A DNA stretch of 64,000 bases, from contig CM052852.1 of the NCBI GenBank assembly GCA_028534125.1, forward strand, positions 64,790,001 through 64,854,000, given 5' to 3'. This DNA comes from Lama glama. Lineage: Eukaryota. A program made the position numbers and the translations under genes. The notes beneath the pieces are model-generated. The model saw nothing but the letters and a program-made list of their open reading frames with translations, made no database searches and was not told the origin of the DNA. Of this stretch, positions 61,150 through 64,000 are shown piece after piece (positions within the stretch are counted from its first letter, which is position 1; each line of letters begins with the position of its first letter).

Positions 61150-62009
61150 TTAAGCATGTAGGGATAGAAAGGAACCATATCTTTTACAAATGAGCAGAGC
61201 CACCTACAATTTGGTGGCCAGGACCTATCCACATTCAGAGAGAAATTCAGGTAATAATGCAAGCGCCAGGAAATTTAAAAAATTCCTTTTATTGTCCACT
61301 GAGCTCAAAAATTGTGAACTTCATGTAACATTTTAAAGTTCAATGTTTTTAAAATCAATGAATATATTTTAAAAATCAAATTCATTGCTTTTAAGCCTTG
61401 CATTTGTACCAGACAGATCATCAATTTGTTGACTGACAGTTTGCCAACCAGAAAAGGGCTGTTTTTTGCCTAAAGATCAGAGCATGCTTATGGATGTGGC
61501 ATTAATTCAGCTCTGCAAATACTCACTAAGTATAAGCAAGCCCATGAATGTTTCTTTCCTGTTCAGCTTCCTGGAAAGAAGCACTCAGAGAGTAACAGAC
61601 TTGAAGGAATACTCATCTATGTAAGTAAGTATTCGATCTCAAGCAACAGGTAAATGGTGATTTGCCATGTTAAAAATTGCAATAACACCAAAAATAATGA
61701 CAACAACCACAGTATCTAGGGTTGTTTCTTGACCATTCATGTTAATGAAGGAGTCAAATGGTACCAAAGCTAGATTNNNNNNNNNNNNNNNNNNNNNNNN
61801 NNNNNNNNNNNNNNNNNNNNNNNNNNNNNNNNNNNNNNNNNNNNNNNNNNNNNNNNNNNNNNNNNNNNNNNNNNNNNNNNNNNNNNNNNNNNNNNNNNNN
61901 NNNNNNNNNNNNNNNNNNNNNNNNNNNNNNNNNGCCTTCCAGGTAATCCTGAAGCTTGCTCAAGTTTAAAAATCACTGAACTATGATAGAGGTCTGTGTA
62001 TGTTGTTCA

Positions 62010-62347
62010 ACATGACAGTCACTAGCCATACATGGCTATCCAACACTTCAAATGTGGCTAGTCTGAATTGAGTCATAAGTTGCAAGTGAAAAAATATCTA
62101 CCAGATATTGAATACATAGTATGAAAAAAATTCTTTTTAATATGAAAAACATTATTTTAAGGAAATAGAAAATATTTCTTTAATGCTTTTTTAATTGAGT
62201 GTATGTTGATATAATATTTTTAATACGTTAGGTTAAAATATATCACTAAAATTAATGTCACCTCTTTCTTTCTACTTTTCAAAATGAAAATTAGAAAATT
62301 TAAAGTTACATATATGGCTTTTATTACATTTCTGTTGGACAGCACTA
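62010..62347. mobile_element. MER33-like element (opposite orientation to the 50330 copy)
   Basis: cactagccatacatggcta...aaatgtggctagtctgaattgag...tttctgttggacagcact. Confidence 0.65.
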
Positions 62348-64000
62348 TTATAGATGGCTTTTGATTTTTTGGTGTGTGTGTATTTATTTACTTATTTGTT
62401 TGTTTTTTGCTTATGCCTTTGGGTACACTGGCTCAGGCTAATCCTAAAAAGAATTTTCATTCCTTGAGGACAAATTTCTCGAGGCAAACATAGACAGCCT
62501 AGTAAAGGACTATTACATTGAAGGACCTCAGTCTTGATTCACAGTGGATTTTCTAGAATTGTGTATAAACCTATGGTGGTGTAATACGTGTAACCATATA
62601 TTTTATTGGAGCCAGAAAGATTTATGTACTGTGAGAAGACAACTTAGAATTAATAAACTTGAAAGAATATTTGATTGCCCTGATGTATATTTTGAGTGGT
62701 TTATAGATTAACAATTATATGCTTATGTGATAGTTTTTTTATTTATATACCTGTATTTATCCTTAATTTAGCCACAACAACTGGGCTTTTATATTGTGTT
62801 ATGGCTGTGCAGATAGCAACAGATATTAATGACACTATGTTTCCAGATAAAAAATAAGTTTCTTTTTGTGAAAGACTAACTCTTCAGGGCATCTCAGTGG
62901 GCTCAGGGAAAAGGTGCCTTTGGATTACTGGTATTTGCTTTGATATTATTTTGTTGCATAAACTTCTGCTCTAACTTATACCAGCTGGGATCCAGAATGC
63001 AACTAATCACTGTTCCTTGATAGAAGGGCAGGACCTGCATATAAACTGACTACTTTGTATATGGCAAACAATGCTATTTTAACCATTAGGCAATATGAAC
63101 CATGCTTTATGTGGGCCTATGAAAACATCTGAAGTCAGAAATAAATCATCAGCTCCAAAATGCCACAAGTAAATGATAAAATCTAAGTCAATTAATGTCT
63201 AATTAAATGTCTATTAAGTATAATATATGTCAACTTAAATAGTCATTTAAATTTAGTATTTATAGAAATTTCATTATATTAAAAAACAAATTATGGGTTA
63301 GAATGCTCTATTTAGCAACAATTCTTGAGTACTCACAATGATTTCCAAGAAACTATACCTAACTGTAACTTAAATGATACTTATAATCAAATCATCTCAA
63401 AATCAATATTTTTAAAAATCACTGTAAAAGTTTATAGCAAAAATATAAAGGGGGGGTGTAGAGGCCCTTTAATATATTTGATGCATCACGTGGCCACCAT
63501 AAGTGAGGGTGTATATGCAGCCTATCAGGATCTAAAAATGACCCTGTTGGCAAATATAATGGGCTAAGGTGTAAGCTTCTTAGCCCAAACCTTAGACTGG
63601 TACAAAGACCAATCGGCGACTACAGGCCAAGCAGTAACCTTGCACGTCTCAGGTCTTGCTATTTCACTAGAAAAGACCCACCTGCAAAATTTCATTGACT
63701 GTTTCTTAACATTCGTTACTATCCTCATTATTCTAATTCCATATGGGGGACATTCCACATCTCCAAGGATGGACAAAGGGACTATTCAAAATGTATTTAA
63801 ATGTTTTCATCCTTTGAGGGTTTGTAGGGGAGGCAAAGACACATGTTTCTCTTTATCTGGGACCAACACTATGCTACCATGTTGGTTGGTTGATTGGAAA
63901 GAATGTGTGACTTTCAGTGGACCTTATGTTTTGGATGATGGTTGGGCCAGGGAGCATGAACTACCCAGTAATACACCCCCCAAAAAAAAAGACCAGTCCT

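Overview
Eutherian (very likely camelid) genomic DNA carrying the 3' ~70% of the PAK3 (p21-activated kinase 3) coding sequence on the minus strand. Ten coding exons lie between 61068 and 13688. All have GT-AG boundaries and consistent phases, and they splice to 1167 nt = 388 aa + TAG (acidic tract, PIX-binding motif, complete kinase domain, C-terminus ...KEAIKNSSR*). A probably long 3' UTR runs toward ~7.1 kb. The 5' exons (CRIB/autoinhibitory region) lie beyond the right edge. The rest is intronic or intergenic DNA filled with interspersed repeats (four tRNA-derived SINEs of the camelid type, young and old L1 3' ends, L2/MIR, MamSINE1, MER/Tigger DNA-transposon fossils), microsatellites and seven assembly gaps. 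I found no convincing novel multi-gene system. The most interesting observations are small-scale: an unidentified 86-bp retroposed sequence with a perfect 16-bp TSD, an L1 with a ~27-bp twin-priming inversion, a poly(A)-only insertion, a 36-bp duplication 770 bp apart, inverted SINE pairs around kinase exons, a YY1/KLF/CTCF motif cluster, and a possible short/long 3' UTR switch. Repeat family names are from recognition of remembered consensus motifs, not a database search, and boundaries of old repeats are approximate.
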